Source: Squalus acanthias
Lineage: Eukaryota
NCBI GenBank assembly: GCA_030390025.1
Contig: JASTWF010000345.1
Coordinates: 372,001 to 436,000 of the forward strand
Reading direction: 5' to 3'
Length of the DNA stretch: 64,000 bases
The position numbers and the translations under genes were made by a program. Shown here piece by piece: positions 39,095 through 52,620 of this stretch. The notes beneath the pieces were generated by a model, which saw only the letters and a list, made by a program, of their open reading frames with translations, was not told where the DNA came from and did not search any database. Positions within the stretch are counted from its first letter, which is position 1; every line of letters starts with the position of its first letter.

Positions 39095-41748
39095 AGTGTG
39101 CTCTTTAAGTCAAGGGGGCTGAGAATAGAACTTGGGAAAATAAAATGGGCAACAATATTGGCAAACAACGATGTAGAACAGCAATGGAAAACATTTAAAA
39201 CGGTGTTCAACAGAGTGCAGGAACAATATATTCCGCTAAAAGGAAAGAACAAACTAAACACTAATGAGGCTCCACGGATGAATAAAGCCATAAGGGAACA
39301 ATTGAGGGTAAGGAAAGAGGCATACATTAAGTACATGGACAGCAGGGGAGTGCATGATAAGGGAGAATATGAAGCGATTAGGAAAGTCAAAAAAAACAAT
39401 TAGGAAGGCAAAGAGGAACTACGAAATTAAATTATCAAGGAACATAAAACAAAATAGTTAAATATTTTACAGGCTGATCAATAAAAAAGGAAGGTTGGGA
39501 TGGGAATAGGGCCATTAAGGGATATACAGGATAATACCACAGGTAACGATAGAGAGATGGCAGAAATATTAAATAAATATTTTGCTTCAGTATTTACCAG
39601 GGAGATAGAACAGGTGGACATGACATTGGATGATGAGATTAGTAATGAGATAAGTGCATTTAAAATAAAAAGAGGGGATATATTAAATAAACTAATCAAA
39701 CTCAGAGGATAAAACCCCTGGTCCGGATGGATTGCATCCATGCATTTTAAAAGAATCTAGGGAAGAGATAGCAGAGGCATTAATAAACATATTTAATAAT
39801 TCGTTAGAAAAAGGTGTAGCGTCAGAAGACTGGCAGATAGCTAACGCAATACCTATATTCAAGAAGGGGGATAGAACATGTCCAGGGAATTATAGACCAG
39901 TCAGCTTAACATCGGTGGTAGGAAAAATAATGGAATCCCTACTAAAGGAGAAAATAGAAGAACATCTAGAAACCAAAAATATAAGGAATAGTCAGCATGG
40001 ATTTCAAAAGGGAAAGTCTTGCTTGACCAACCTCATTGAATTTTTTGAAGAGATAACAGAGAGAGTAGACAATGGTAATGCAGTAGATGTAATTTATCTA
40101 GATTTTCAAAAGGCCTTCGATGAGGTACCCCATAATAGACTGATGAACAAGGTCAGAGAATGCGGAGTCAGGGGACAAGTAGCAGAATGGATAGCTAGCT
40201 GGCTTCAAGACAGAAAGCAGAGAGTAGGGGTAAAGGGTAGCTATTCACAGTGGCAGAAGGTGGGTAGTGGTGTTCCACAAGGATCAGTGCTGGGACCACT
40301 GTTGTTCACTATTTACATTAACAATTTAGCCTTTGGAATCAAAAACACAATTTCTAAATTTGCGGATAACACCAAATTGGAGGGATAGTCAATACTGAGG
40401 AGGACTGCAACAAATTACAGGAGGACATTAATAAACTTGCAGAATGGGCATGTAATTGGCAAATGAAGTTCAACATAGATAAATGTGAGGTATTACATTT
40501 TGGTAGGAAGAATAGGGAGGTCACTTATTACCTGGAGGGTGCGAGTCTAGGTGGAGTAGAGGAACAAAGGGATCTCGGAGTACAAATACACAAATCACAA
40601 AGTTGCGACACAGGTTAGCAAGGCCATAAAAAAAGCAAACCAAGCACTAGGGTTTATTTCTAGAGGGATAGAATTGAAAAGTAGGGAAGTTATGCTAAAC
40701 CTGTATGGAACCTTGGTTAGACCACATTTAGAGTACTGCATACAGTTCTGGTCGCCATATTATAAAAAGGATATAGAGGCACTGGAGAGGGTGCAGAGAA
40801 GATTTACAAAGATGATACCAGAAATGCGAGGGTATACATATCAGGAAAGGATGAACAGGTTGGGTCTCTTTTCTCTTGAAAAAAGGCGGCTGAGGCGTGA
40901 CCTAATAGAGGTCTTTAAAATTATGAAAGGTTTTGATAAAGTGCATACAGAGATAATGTTTACACTTGTGGGGAAGAGCAAAACTAGAGGCCATCAATAG
41001 AGAAAAGACTTGTATTTATATAGTGCCTTTCACGACCACTGGACGTCTCAAAGCGCTTTACAGCCAATGAAGTACTTTTGAAGTGGAGTCACTGTTGTAA
41101 TGTGGGAAACGCGGCAGCCAATTTGCGCACAGCAAGTTCCCACAAACAGCAATGTGATAATGACCAGATAATCTGTTTTTGTTATGTTGGTTGAGGGATA
41201 AATATTGGCCAGGACACAGTGGATAACTCCCCTGCTCTTCTTTGAAATAGTGCCATGGGATCTTTTACGTCCACCTGAGAGGGCAGACAGGGCCTCGGTT
41301 TATCGTCTCATCCAAAAGACGGCACCTCTGACAGTGCAGCACTCCCTCAGTACTGGCACTGGAGTGTCAGCCTAGCTTTATGTGCTCAAGTCCCTGGAGT
41401 GGGACTTGAACCCACAACCTCCTGACTCAGAGGCGAGTGTGCTACCAACTGAGCCACAGCTGACAATATAAGATAGTCACCAAGAAATCCAGTAGGGAAT
41501 TCAGAAGAAACTTCTTTACCGAGGGAGTGGTGAGAATGTGGAACTCGCTACCACAGGGAGTGGTTGAAGTGAACAGTATAGATGCATTTAAGGGGAGGCT
41601 AGACAAGCATATGAGGGAGAAGGGAATAGAGGGTTATGCTGATAGATTTAGATGAGGAAAGACGGGAGGAGGCTCGAGTGGAGCATAAATGCTTGCATGG
41701 ACTGGTTGGACCGAATGGCCTGTTCCTGTGCCATATATCCTATGTAAT
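39095..41748 (+). mobile_element. 5'-truncated CR1 LINE with frameshifts, interrupted by a SINE
   Basis: ORFs 39098-39403, 39500-39712, 39732-40388 and 40674-41000 are successive ORF2 pieces. Resumes at 41465; tail ATATCCTATGTAATCC. Confidence 0.92.
41000..41464 (-). mobile_element. Full-length Deu-domain tRNA SINE
   Basis: Head GTCAGCTGTGGCTCAGTTGG (A box) and GGTTCAAGTCC (B box), with an L2-like tail. AATA duplicated at 40996-40999 and 41465-41468 in the host CR1. Confidence 0.88.
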
Positions 41749-42204
41749 CCATCATAGGAAGCATATTATTGCCTTTGAGAGGGTACAGAGGTGAACAAAG
41801 ATGATTCCAGGTATCAGCAACTTAAGTTATGAGGAAGGATTAAGTTGAGCTCATTTTCTTTCGGAGAGAGATGATCTAATTGAAGCTTTCAAGATTATAA
41901 AGAGAATTGGCAAAACGTCATCCAGATAAATTGTTCACTAGCTGAAGATTTAAATACCAGTGTCAGAAGTTTAAAAAAACTGTACTTTCGGATTAAGAAG
42001 TGAGGTGGAACTTTTTCACCCAAGGGGGAAGGCAATTGAAGCAGACAGTTTAAGTAGGTTCGAGACAATTGGATGCATTTCTGGAGGGAGAAGGTATTTA
42101 GCAATATAGTGAGAAGGATGGTATGTGGGTTGGATCTATGAAAAAAGGACAGGTTTGTTTGAGCCTAATGGACTTTTCCTGTTTATAACTGTAACGGTTG
42201 TACA

Positions 42205-44885
42205 TTTTTTTATTCATGCAAAGGATGTGGGCGTCATTGGTAAGGCCAGCATTGCCCATCCCTAATTGCCATTGAGAAGGTGGTGGTGAGCTCCATTCTT
42301 GAACCGCTGCAGTCCGTGTGGTGAATGTACTCCCACAGTGCTGTTAGGATTTTGACCCAGTGACTATGAAGGAACAGTGATATATTTCCAAGTCAGGATG
42401 GTGTGTGACTTGGAGGTGGTGTTGTTCCCAGACGCCCTCTGCCCTTGTCCTTCGAGGTGGTAGAGGTCGCGGGTTTGGGAGGTGCAGTCGAAGGCAGCTT
42501 GGCGAGTTGCTGCAGTGCATCTTGTAGATGGTACACACTGCAGCCATGGTGCGCCGGTGGTGGAGGGAGTGAATGTCTAAGGTGGTGGATGTGGTGTCAA
42601 TCAAGCAAGCTGCTTTGTCCTGGATGATGTTGAGCTTCTTGAGTGTTGTTGGAGCTGCACTCACCCAGGCAAGTGGAGAGTATTCCATCACACCCCTTGT
42701 GCTTTGTAGATGGCTGGAAAGGCTTTGGGGAGTCAGGAGGTGAGACACTCGCTGGAGAATACCCAGCCTCTGACCTGTTCTTGTAGCCACAGTATTTATG
42801 TGGCTGGTCCAGTTAAGTTTCGTGTCAATGGTAACCCCCCTGGATGTTGATGGTGGGGGATTTGGCAATGATAATGTCATTGAATGTCAAGGGGAGGTGG
42901 TTAGACTCTCTCACAAACACAAAAGCAAAATACTGCGGATGCTGGAAATCTGAAATAAAAACAAAAAATGCTGGAAATACTCAGCAGGTCAGACAGCATC
43001 TGTGGAGAGAGAAACGTTTCAGTCAGAACTGGAAAAAGTTAGAGATGTAACAAAAAAACCAAGAAGTAGTATAAAACCAGACGGACCACTTGGCAGCGAC
43101 CTCGGCACCGGCTTCGGACACGACAATGGCACACCCAGCCCAGTCGACCCTGCAAAGTCCTCCTCACGAACATCTGGGTACTTGTGCCAAAATTGGGAGA
43201 GCTGTCCCACAGACTAGTCAAGCAACAGCCTGACATAGTCATACTCACAGAATCATACCTTTCAGCCAATATCCCAAACTCCTCCATCACCATCCCTGGG
43301 TATGTCCTGTCCCAATGGCTTTGGGGGGTCAGGAGGTGAGACACTCACCGCAGAATACTCAGCCTCTGACCTGCTCTTGTAGCCACAGTATTTATGTGGC
43401 TGGTCCAGTTCAGTTTCTGGTTAATGGTGACCCTCAGGATGTTGATGGTGGGGGATTCGCCGATGGTAATACCGTTGAATGTCAAGGGAAGGTGGCTAGA
43501 CTCTCTCTTGTTGGAGATAGTCATTGCCTGGCACTTGTGTGGCGCAAATGTTACTTGCCACTTATCAGCCCAAGCCTGATGTCACAGAATCCCCACAGTG
43601 CAGATAGAGGCCATTTCGGCCCATCGAGCCTGCACCGACACATATCCCACCCTATCCCCGTAACCCCATGTATTTAATCCCCCCTAACACTAAGGGTCAA
43701 TTTATCATAGCCAAATCAACCTAACCCGCACATCTTTGGACTGTGGGAGGAAACCGGAGCACCCGGAGGAAACCCACGCAGACACGGGGAGAATGTGCAA
43801 ACTCCACACAGACAGTCACCCGAGGCCGGATTCGAACCCGGGTCTCTGGCGCTGTGAGGCAACAGTGCTAACCACTATGCCACCGTGTTGCCCAGGTCTT
43901 GCTGCATGCAGCATGGACTGCTTCATTATCAGTTGCGAATGGCATTGAACACTGCAATCATCAGCGATCATCCCCACTTCTGACCTAATGATTGAGGGAA
44001 GGTCATTGATGAAGTAGCTGAAGATGGTTGGGCCCTGAGGACACTGCCCTGAGGAACTCCTGCAGCGATGTCCTGGGGTTGAGATGATTGTCCTCCAACA
44101 ACCACAACCATCTTTCCTTGTGTTAGGTATGACTCCAGCCAGTGGTGAGTTTTCTCCCCGATTCCTATTGACTTCAGCTTTACTGGGGCTCCTTGATGCC
44201 ACACTCGGTCAAATGCTGCCTTGATGTCAAGGGTAGTCACTCTCACCTTACCTCTGGAATTCAGCTCTTTTTTCCATGTTTGGACCAAGGCTGTAATGAG
44301 GTCTGGAGCCAAATGGTCCTGGCGGAACCCAAACTGAGCATCGGTGAGCAGGTTATTGGTGAGTAAGTGCCGCTTGATAGCACTGTCGACGACAACTTCC
44401 GTCACTTTGCTGATGATTGAGAGTAGACTGATGGGGCGGTAATTGGCTGGATTGGGTTTGTCCTGCTTTTTGTGGACAGGACATACCTGGGCAGTTTTTC
44501 ACATTGTCAGATAGATGTTAGTGTTGTAGCTGTACTGGAACAGCTTGGCTAGAGCCGCAGCTAGTTCTGGAGCACAAGTCTTCAGCATGACAGCCAGGAT
44601 GTTGTCGGGGCCCATAGCCTCTGCTGTATCCAGTGCGCTCAGCCGTTTCTTGATATCACGTGGAGTGAATCGAATTGGCTGAAGACTGGCTTCTGTGATG
44701 GTGGGGACCTCAGAAGGAGGCCGATAGGGATCATCCACTTGGCACTTCTGGCTGAAGATGGTTGCAAACGCTTCAGCTTTGTCTTTTGCACTCACGTGCT
44801 GGGCTCTGCCATCATTGAGGATGGGGATGTTCATGGAGCCTCCTCCTGCAGTTATTTGTTTAATTGTCCACCACCATTCACGACA
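42205..44885 (-). mobile_element. Rearranged CR1-clade LINE (second family) with internal duplication and inverted endonuclease piece
   Basis: QFGFRQDH, LDIKAAFDRVWH, GVPQGSVL and MIADDC motifs. Plus-strand PDIVILTESYL piece at ~43080-43313. Confidence 0.85.
43583..43892 (-). mobile_element. tRNA-derived V-SINE (HE1-like)
   Basis: Head TGGCATAGTGGTTAGCAC / GGTTCGAATCC, V-domain TGTGGAGTTTGCACATTCTCCCCGTGTCTGCGTGGGTTTCCTCCGGGTGCTCCGGTTTCCTCCCACAGTCCAAAGA and a CR1-like tail. Confidence 0.85.
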
Positions 44886-47800
44886 TGTTAGGAGCAAACG
44901 GCGTCGTTGCACTTAATATCTAAAACCAGCATCAACAGAATTAACACACGTGGTGTGAATCTCTGCTCAGAACAACGAAAACCAGTATCTGTAGAACTAA
45001 AATATGCAGCAATTGTCTCTGCTTACAATAGCTAAATTGGGTTCAATAACTCTGATGCACAATGCCTAACACCAGCATTAGTAGAACTAACACATATGGG
45101 ATGAGTCTTAACTCACAATAGCTGAATCGTGCTCTGGACACTTGCTACAAGCCTCAGAAAAACTTCCAGTCTGGGGTGAGGCTGTAAAATCCTCCTTGAA
45201 ATAGTACACTTTCTGAAATTGTTTTAGGGGGTTCATCTTGATTTAAGTATCTCGCTGTGAAATATTCATCGCTACTCACGATCATTATTAATTATCAATG
45301 ATCAAACTCTAAAAGTACAAGAGAAAACTGCCATTTCAGGCTCAAAACATTAAAGAACAGTTTTCAGATGAAGGCTGCAGCATAAAGGATAATTTCTAAG
45401 TCTTGGAATCATGAATTAAGAATAAACGATTGCAGATGTGTTTCAGCATCTCATTCTAATCCCTAAATAATTGAGTGAGTAGACCAAGAACTTTAAAATA
45501 GTATTTCTTCCACACTCTGCCCCGATACGTACGGCACAATATTTCCCACTTTCGAGACTTTTGAAAGACTATATATTTGCGCTTATTCAATTACAATAAC
45601 AAAATGTATTTCATGCAGTAGCCACATCTAATGCATTAATCTTTTTCTCTCGATGCAAACAAGAAATGATTTAGTGTCTGAATCCTGATCCTTGGTGTCA
45701 GTAATGCACTGGGTGAGAGGGCATCACACAAGCAACTGATGAAGTGCCGCTATGCTCAAAAGTGTCGTTGCTGGACAATGTGAATGTGGATCATGTAGGG
45801 CTTTGCTTCCAAACCACAGCCAGTCATAACTGAGAGCCCATTTCTGGAACGAGTGCTCCTTTAATGTAGAGTAAGTGAAGTTCAAAACAAGTTCTGTACG
45901 CACACAAATATGTTAATTGTATATTATACACTTCACAGTGCAGTACAGTTCCAAAATAGAGACAGACAGAGACTTCTTAAAATTGCATTCCATTTTATAT
46001 GATTTTATTTACACAAGTTCAGCAAATCAATAAAAACTACAAAAATAACAATTTGACTTTTATTCTCGAGTTTCCAACCATGGCTGCATTTTTGGCTGGT
46101 CATGTCATACATGACAAAACAAAGAAATGGTAAGGAAAATAAATTCTAATAAACCCTCACGATTTCAGACCCCAAGGAGACAAAAGTCCAACTGTACCAT
46201 CCTCTTGAAGACACTCAGAATATGGTGGATTTTTGTTTCTAAGAGAAGAAATTGACTGACATCTGCTTTTCACACATACATGCATCATTTTACTGCTTAA
46301 TGCATCAACACATCAAATTATAAACAGAGACAACACATACCAAGATTGTGCTGATGCAAGCAAAAAATAGAAAAATCAAACTCACTTTTTAAAATCGCTC
46401 ACAGCATAATATATATTCCTTATAACTTCTAATGACCAAATAAAAAGGATTCAGACAGCCTCCAGCAAGTTGTAAGGGGGGAGGGGGTGAAATACAGTAG
46501 TTCACATTGAGGAAATCAACAATGGAATTTGTTGTTTCAGGGGCTAACTTAGTAGGAACAGATGTAGATTCTGTGCTGCAATGTGATCAAAGAGAGGCAT
46601 GACTTAAACCCAGATGGAATCAGTTGGAGGGATTGTGGGAGGATTTGGGGTGTGGCGTACCCAATTCAGCCAGCTGGTGTCCACACCACCAAACAAGCAA
46701 GAGGTGCCTGTGGCACTTAAACAGAACATAGTCCCAATAGAAACTGGGAAAGGTTCAGTGCCATGACCAGTGAAGGGGTCTGTGACACTGCAAATAAAAA
46801 AACCTCACGTTGCAAATTAATCCCAGATCAGTTAGCTATTGCTGGTTAAATTAGCTGCTTCTGAAATTAGCTGCATAGACATGCATCTGGATTTGGTTAA
46901 GTACATTTCATGGCCACTCCTGCTGCAACTACTAAAATCCTACATCACATTTCACATAACTAATGATAAACGCACAATGGTATGTCTTATTGAGGTCATA
47001 TACACTATTAAATGCCATTAACAACATAGAGAGTGTATTATCTTTAACCCTTTCAGGTTCACAGTCCTACTTTTGTATAAAAACGAGAAAATAAACACAA
47101 GATTAAAATGCAATGTGCTATTTTGTCTATTCAGAAAGTACTAAATCAGGAAAGGTGTTTGATCTTGGGTAGCTTGGCAGTGCCTACCTGACGTGCAACA
47201 GAGTAGCAGGATGCAGGTTTGTGGCTCTGTTACCAATCTAAACTAGGCCATTAAGAGGATCCACTGAGCAGTGGCCACTCAAGGAGGTAAATAAAATCAG
47301 TAGATGAGCCACCCGTGGATGTTCTTGCACAGCTGATGTTCCCTGTTGCCTTTGCTCTGCACCGTCCTTTGATGGTTTGGCTTAGTTTGTGCAGAGAATC
47401 ACTAAGGCTAACCTAGCCCTTCAGGGCACAGTGTTACAGAATCCTCTTCTGCATATGGAACCTTATCTGCGGAGAAGCTCCTGAACGGAAAATTGTGAAT
47501 TTTTTCCCCCCATAAATTAGCTGATGTAAACATCTCACTCATGCCTCATGGGGGCAGGTTTCACAAATAAATCAAAAGGAAATAAAACAAGGATTTTTTA
47601 AGTTTAAAAAATTACAAAATAACTGATGCAAAGCCGCACAATTTATTTTGTTTTGTTAGAATTACTGTATTAATTATTTTAAAGTTATTAAAAAATCCCA
47701 TCAAGATAATCAAAATAAAACCCTAACTGTTGGAAATATGAAAGATAAACAGAAAATGTTGGAAATGAATAGCAAATACAATAGCAACTGAAAGAGGAAG

Positions 47801-49184
47801 ATAACATTTATGGGTGGGGAATTAATCAGAACTGACCCATTACACTCCAAATATTACCCGTCTGTCTCTTTCAGATGCTGATTAACCTGCCTCGCATTTG
47901 CAGCATCTTTTATTTTTATTCTCCATCAAGATAGTTATGCCCTATTAAAAAAATCTAGATCTATTATAATTGACAATTCTGCAAAATTTGTATCTATAAT
48001 GTCTAAAAACAGACAGCTAAATAAAAAATCATGAAATTGAGAAAACATTAATAGCATTGAGTAAGATGAAACACTATATGTAGCTCTTATAGGATTATTT
48101 TATCTTAATCTACAGGATTCATTAAAAACATACTGCTTTGCCCTTCACTGCTATAGAATTGAGATTAGAACACATCACTGTCAGTTCCAGATAAACACAT
48201 ACCTGATTCTTGCACAATAGTGCCCGACACATTCCAACCTACCAAAACACTCCCACTCACTTGCATTGTGTAGAATTTTTGAGACAAGCATTACAGTTAA
48301 ACACAAAACAATAATTCACACGTAGTATCTTGTCTAATTATCTACTTATAACCATTTTCCCGAGAAAGGTAACTACACCTTTCACTTGCCTACAAGTTGT
48401 AAAAGAATTGAATACATTTACAAGCTCACTAATTGAATAATGAAGCATTCCATCTACTTTATTTTCTCTCTTTCTCTCTAGGTTTCCTTGGCTGGAGCAG
48501 AGGTAAAGTAGCTTACTCCTAGGTTTCTGCTAATTCTGCTCTTCGGCCCCCCTCCTGTCATGGTGACTCGCCCATCAACCTTTCTCCCCTCCTGCTATAG
48601 CCCTGTCTTCTACATGATACCTTCCCACTGTGCAGAAAATTGTGGCACAATATGCTGGTACACTAACATCACTACTGTGATGCCCAGGTGAAATACTTGT
48701 AACCATGGCATCCTATTCTGACCATTGCCATGCAGCGACACCATCAATTTCCAGTTCTCAGGAGCATCTTTGTTTTAGCCACTGTCTTATTCAAAGCTAT
48801 GTTACAACACAACTTTTAAGCTGATGGTTGATAGTTAAACCACAATGGTTACATATTTTACTTTTTGCCCAGACTGGTTAAGTATTTGAGGTATTTGAGC
48901 AAGCGCATAGGATAAAATTAAATGCAACAAAACTGATTTCACACAATCTGCATTAATCAGAAACAACATTCTTCTTCAAAACATAAAAATGGTCTAAATT
49001 ATGATGGGTTTTGAACAAGGTACATATGGAAAAAGTATTTCCACTGATTGGTGAGTCAGTGACTAGAGGACATAAATTTAATCACCAAAAGAACAAAGTG
49101 AGAGGCTTGGGAAAGTCTCTTTATGTATTTAGTCATTAGGATATGGGGTGCCTACCAGAAACCGGTGGAAGCAGAATCCATAAT

Positions 49185-49915
49185 GGCCTAGAAATTCCGT
49201 TCCCTACGGGTGTGTACGCGCTGTGTACTCACCCGTAGGGCCAACGGAAGTGCCGGTTTTACGCATGCACTGGAAACCGGCACTTCCGTTCTCTGCAGAA
49301 AGGGCTTCCCAGGTCAAACGCCTGCGCCGGATAGGCAGTGCGTACGTTAGAAACTTCCGTTTTTTTTCCACACTGGCTTGAGTCCAGGTAAGTCGGGAAC
49401 AGCTGCGCCTAGAAAAGCAGGCACAAGGCCTGCTTTTAGCAGGTTAATAGTTTAAGAAAGTAAAAACAAAAACATTTTTTCCACTGATTTATCATTTTAA
49501 AATACTTTAAAGAAAGGTAAGTTTATTTTTAGCCCCGTTAAAAACTTTAATTATTTTTTTCAAAAATTTAAATTTTTGTTTAAAATCGTTAATTTATGTA
49601 ATTTATAGTCATTTTAAAAATGTGATTTTTAAAAAAATTTATTTGAAGTTTTACTTATGTTTTGGGGCTGATCTCGATTCATAGATTTGATAGGTCTTCC
49701 TGTCAAATCTATGAATGGAGATTCCCTGCTCTGATTGGCTCCCCATGGCCCACGTGATCCCAGGGACGCTGCAAACTAGCTGCACCCCTGGGATACGTGG
49801 GCTCTGCACACCGGCAGTTTGAAGAGGCCCGGCAACGGAATTCTGCGCCTCCCGGGAGCCCTCTGGTCCAGGCGCAGATTTTTCCGAATCACAGCCCTCC
49901 GCCCGCCCGGGAAGT
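49185..49915. mobile_element. Harbinger-type MITE (same family as 24215-24941) within a CR1 3' fragment
   Basis: Starts GGCCTAGAAATT. Hairpin at 49677-49716. Right TIR not visible. CR1 remnants at ~48995-49184 and ~49916-50058. Confidence 0.65.
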
Positions 49916-50579
49916 CAATAAATATTTGGAAAAGAAAAATTCTTGAGTACGGGGAAAGGGTAGGGAATGGGACTAAGTAGATAGCTCTTTCAAAGTGCTG
50001 GCACAGACAGGATGGGCTAAACACCTCCTTCTCTGCTGTAAAATTCTACAATCCTATGGAGTGTAGGACCAATATGGCCACGCAAAAGGACTTTGGAAAA
50101 AATGAAGGATACATTTGGGAATCTTTAGATAATAAGGTAGCATTTTTTGATTGGCTGCTTTGCCATGAATATGCAGCTTGAATTAATTTAGCTTGCTTTT
50201 GCGCTTTAGACACATTGGACGCACACCACAGACAAAACTTGTATTGATTTTTCTAGTTCTTTAAAAAAAAAACTTGATCAATGTAGCATTAAGCAGTTTT
50301 GCTCGCAGTTTATTTCATATATCCACAATGTTATAGATATGTATGCTGCAAATAAGCTTCCCTGCAGATCCACAGGCTTTGTTGTTATTTCAGCTGAATG
50401 AATGGCTAACCAAAGGTATATAAATAACTATAAAGTGAAAGCTGTATGATGATAATCTAGTAAGTAGCTGCCAACATGATTTCAGATGGGGAAGATATTA
50501 ACTGATCAACAGTGACTACACACAAGCACTTTTGGACATCCTGAGGACATGAAAGATGCTATATTAATGCAAGTTATAT

Positions 50580-51580
50580 AAGCTGACCAACCTTCCTGAA
50601 TTCTTTGAAGAAGTGGCATCTTATGCAAGTTGTAGACAATCTCACAATGTATCTTGACTTCCAAATGTTTAAAGCAGTGGACAGAGTGAAACCAGGGAAT
50701 AGATAGGAAATTGGGTGAAGGGTAGGAAACAGCTGATATTTGTCAGAAGAAAAGAGAAGTGTTGAGTGGAGTTCCCCGGAGAATGGAGTTGGGAACTCTA
50801 TGGTTTCTAATTAACATTATGGACTTGGATTCAGAAGCTCAGTTCAAACTGGTCAAATTTGGAGAGAATAGGAAACTAGAAGGGACAGTTGGATCTGAGG
50901 AGGCAATCCAGTAACTACAAAATGAACTAGAAAAAAATATTTTTAAAGGTGGAACAATGACATAAAATTCAATATAGGCAAGTGCAAAGTATTGTGCAAT
51001 GGAAGAAAAAATGGGTGACAAGATTTTCATGAATGGTATTGAAATAGGTAAGTATAAAGTGGAATGAGATCTACGGGTTTTAAAGGAAGAAAAGAAAGAA
51101 CTTGCATTGACATCGTAGCTTTCACATCCTCAGGGTATCCCACTGCACTTAACAGCCAATGAAGTGCTTTTTGAAGTGTAGTCAAGCATGGCAGCCAAGT
51201 TATGCACAGCAAGATTTCCCAAACAGCAACAATTGACCAGTTAATCTATTTTGGTGGTGTTGGTTTTAGTTGATTCGATGCTCAACATGTTCAACCACTG
51301 TGCAGCAGCCATCAGCAAAGCAAATAGAATGTTGAACTATACAGTCAAAACAGTAGAATACAAGTCAGAGGAAGTCACGCTCAATCTGTAGAGTGTTCTG
51401 GTCAGACCACACAAGTACTGCATCCAGTTCTGGTCAGCAAAGCATTCCATTCATGGAGGCAGTGCAGAGAGGAACCAGACTCCCTCGAGTCAGAAGACTG
51501 AATTATGAGGAATGACTGCTGAGATTTGGGATTTTCAACCTTGAAAGGAGGTGACTGAGAGATGACTTTATCATGGTATA
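50580..51580 (+). mobile_element. Highly diverged CR1 fragment with a nested Deu-SINE tail (~51088-51270, minus)
   Basis: Degenerate LTNLPEFFEEV, EYKSEEVTLNL and VLVRPH motifs. Confidence 0.6.
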
Positions 51581-52620
51581 TAACAACTTACATTTCTATT
51601 GTTCCTTTATTCTAGAAAAATGTCCCAAGGCACTTCACAGATGTGTAGTAGAAAAAAAGGAAGCTGAGCCAAAGTAGTAGAGATTATGAAGGGTGATCAA
51701 AAGCTTGGTCAAAGAAGTAGGTTTTAAGAATGATCTTAAAGGAGAAGATGAAAATGGAAATATGGATGGGTTTAGGGTGGAAATTCCAGAGCATAGGGCC
51801 TAGGCGACTGAAGGCATGACCACCAATGCTGGGGTGAAGGAAGGGAAGAGGGATGCATAAAAGACCAGACTCAGAGGGATGGAGTGATCTGTGGGGGGGG
51901 TTATAGGGTTGGAGGAGTTTAGAGATAGGGAGAGGCGAGGCCACGAGGGATGAGATTTAAACCCGAGGATGAAAATTTCAAATTTGAGGAGTTGAGAAAC
52001 CGGGAACCAATGTAGATCAGCAAGGATGGGGCTGATGGACGAGTGGGTCTTGATATATAAGATACAAACAGCAAGTTTTAAATGAGCTGAAGTTTACGGA
52101 GAGTGGAGTACCAGAAGCCCAGCAGGAGAGCCAGTGTCGAAGGCATTGATGAGGGCTTCAGCTGCAGACGGGCCTGAGATGTGGCGGAGATGAGCAATGT
52201 TAAAGGTGGAAGTAGGCAGTATTTGTGATGGAGAGGATACGGGATCGGAAACTCAGCTCGACATTGAATAGAATGCCGAGGCTGCGAATATGCTGGTTCA
52301 ACCTGAGACAGTGGCTGGGGAGGTGATTGAAATTGATGGCTAGTGTACGAAGTTTGTGGTGGGAGCTGAAGAAAACTCTAGCTTTGGTCCTCCCAATGTT
52401 TAACTGAAAGAAATTGCTGCTCATCCAAGTCTGGATATTGGACGAGCAGTCTGATAATACTGAGGCAATGAAAGGGCTGAGAGAGGTGGTAGAGGTGTAG
52501 AGCTGGGTGTTGTCAGTATACATATGGACTTGCTCCATGTCATTGGATGATGTAGCCAAGGGGCAGCATGTAGGGGCAAAGGATAGACTTTTGAGGGACC
52601 AATGAGGTGGGGGCAGAAGA
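51580..52620 (-). mobile_element. L2 LINE 3' fragment
   Basis: HMYTDNTQLY...FQLNIGRTK in ORF 52200-52559 and an L2 tail at ~51580. Confidence 0.8.
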
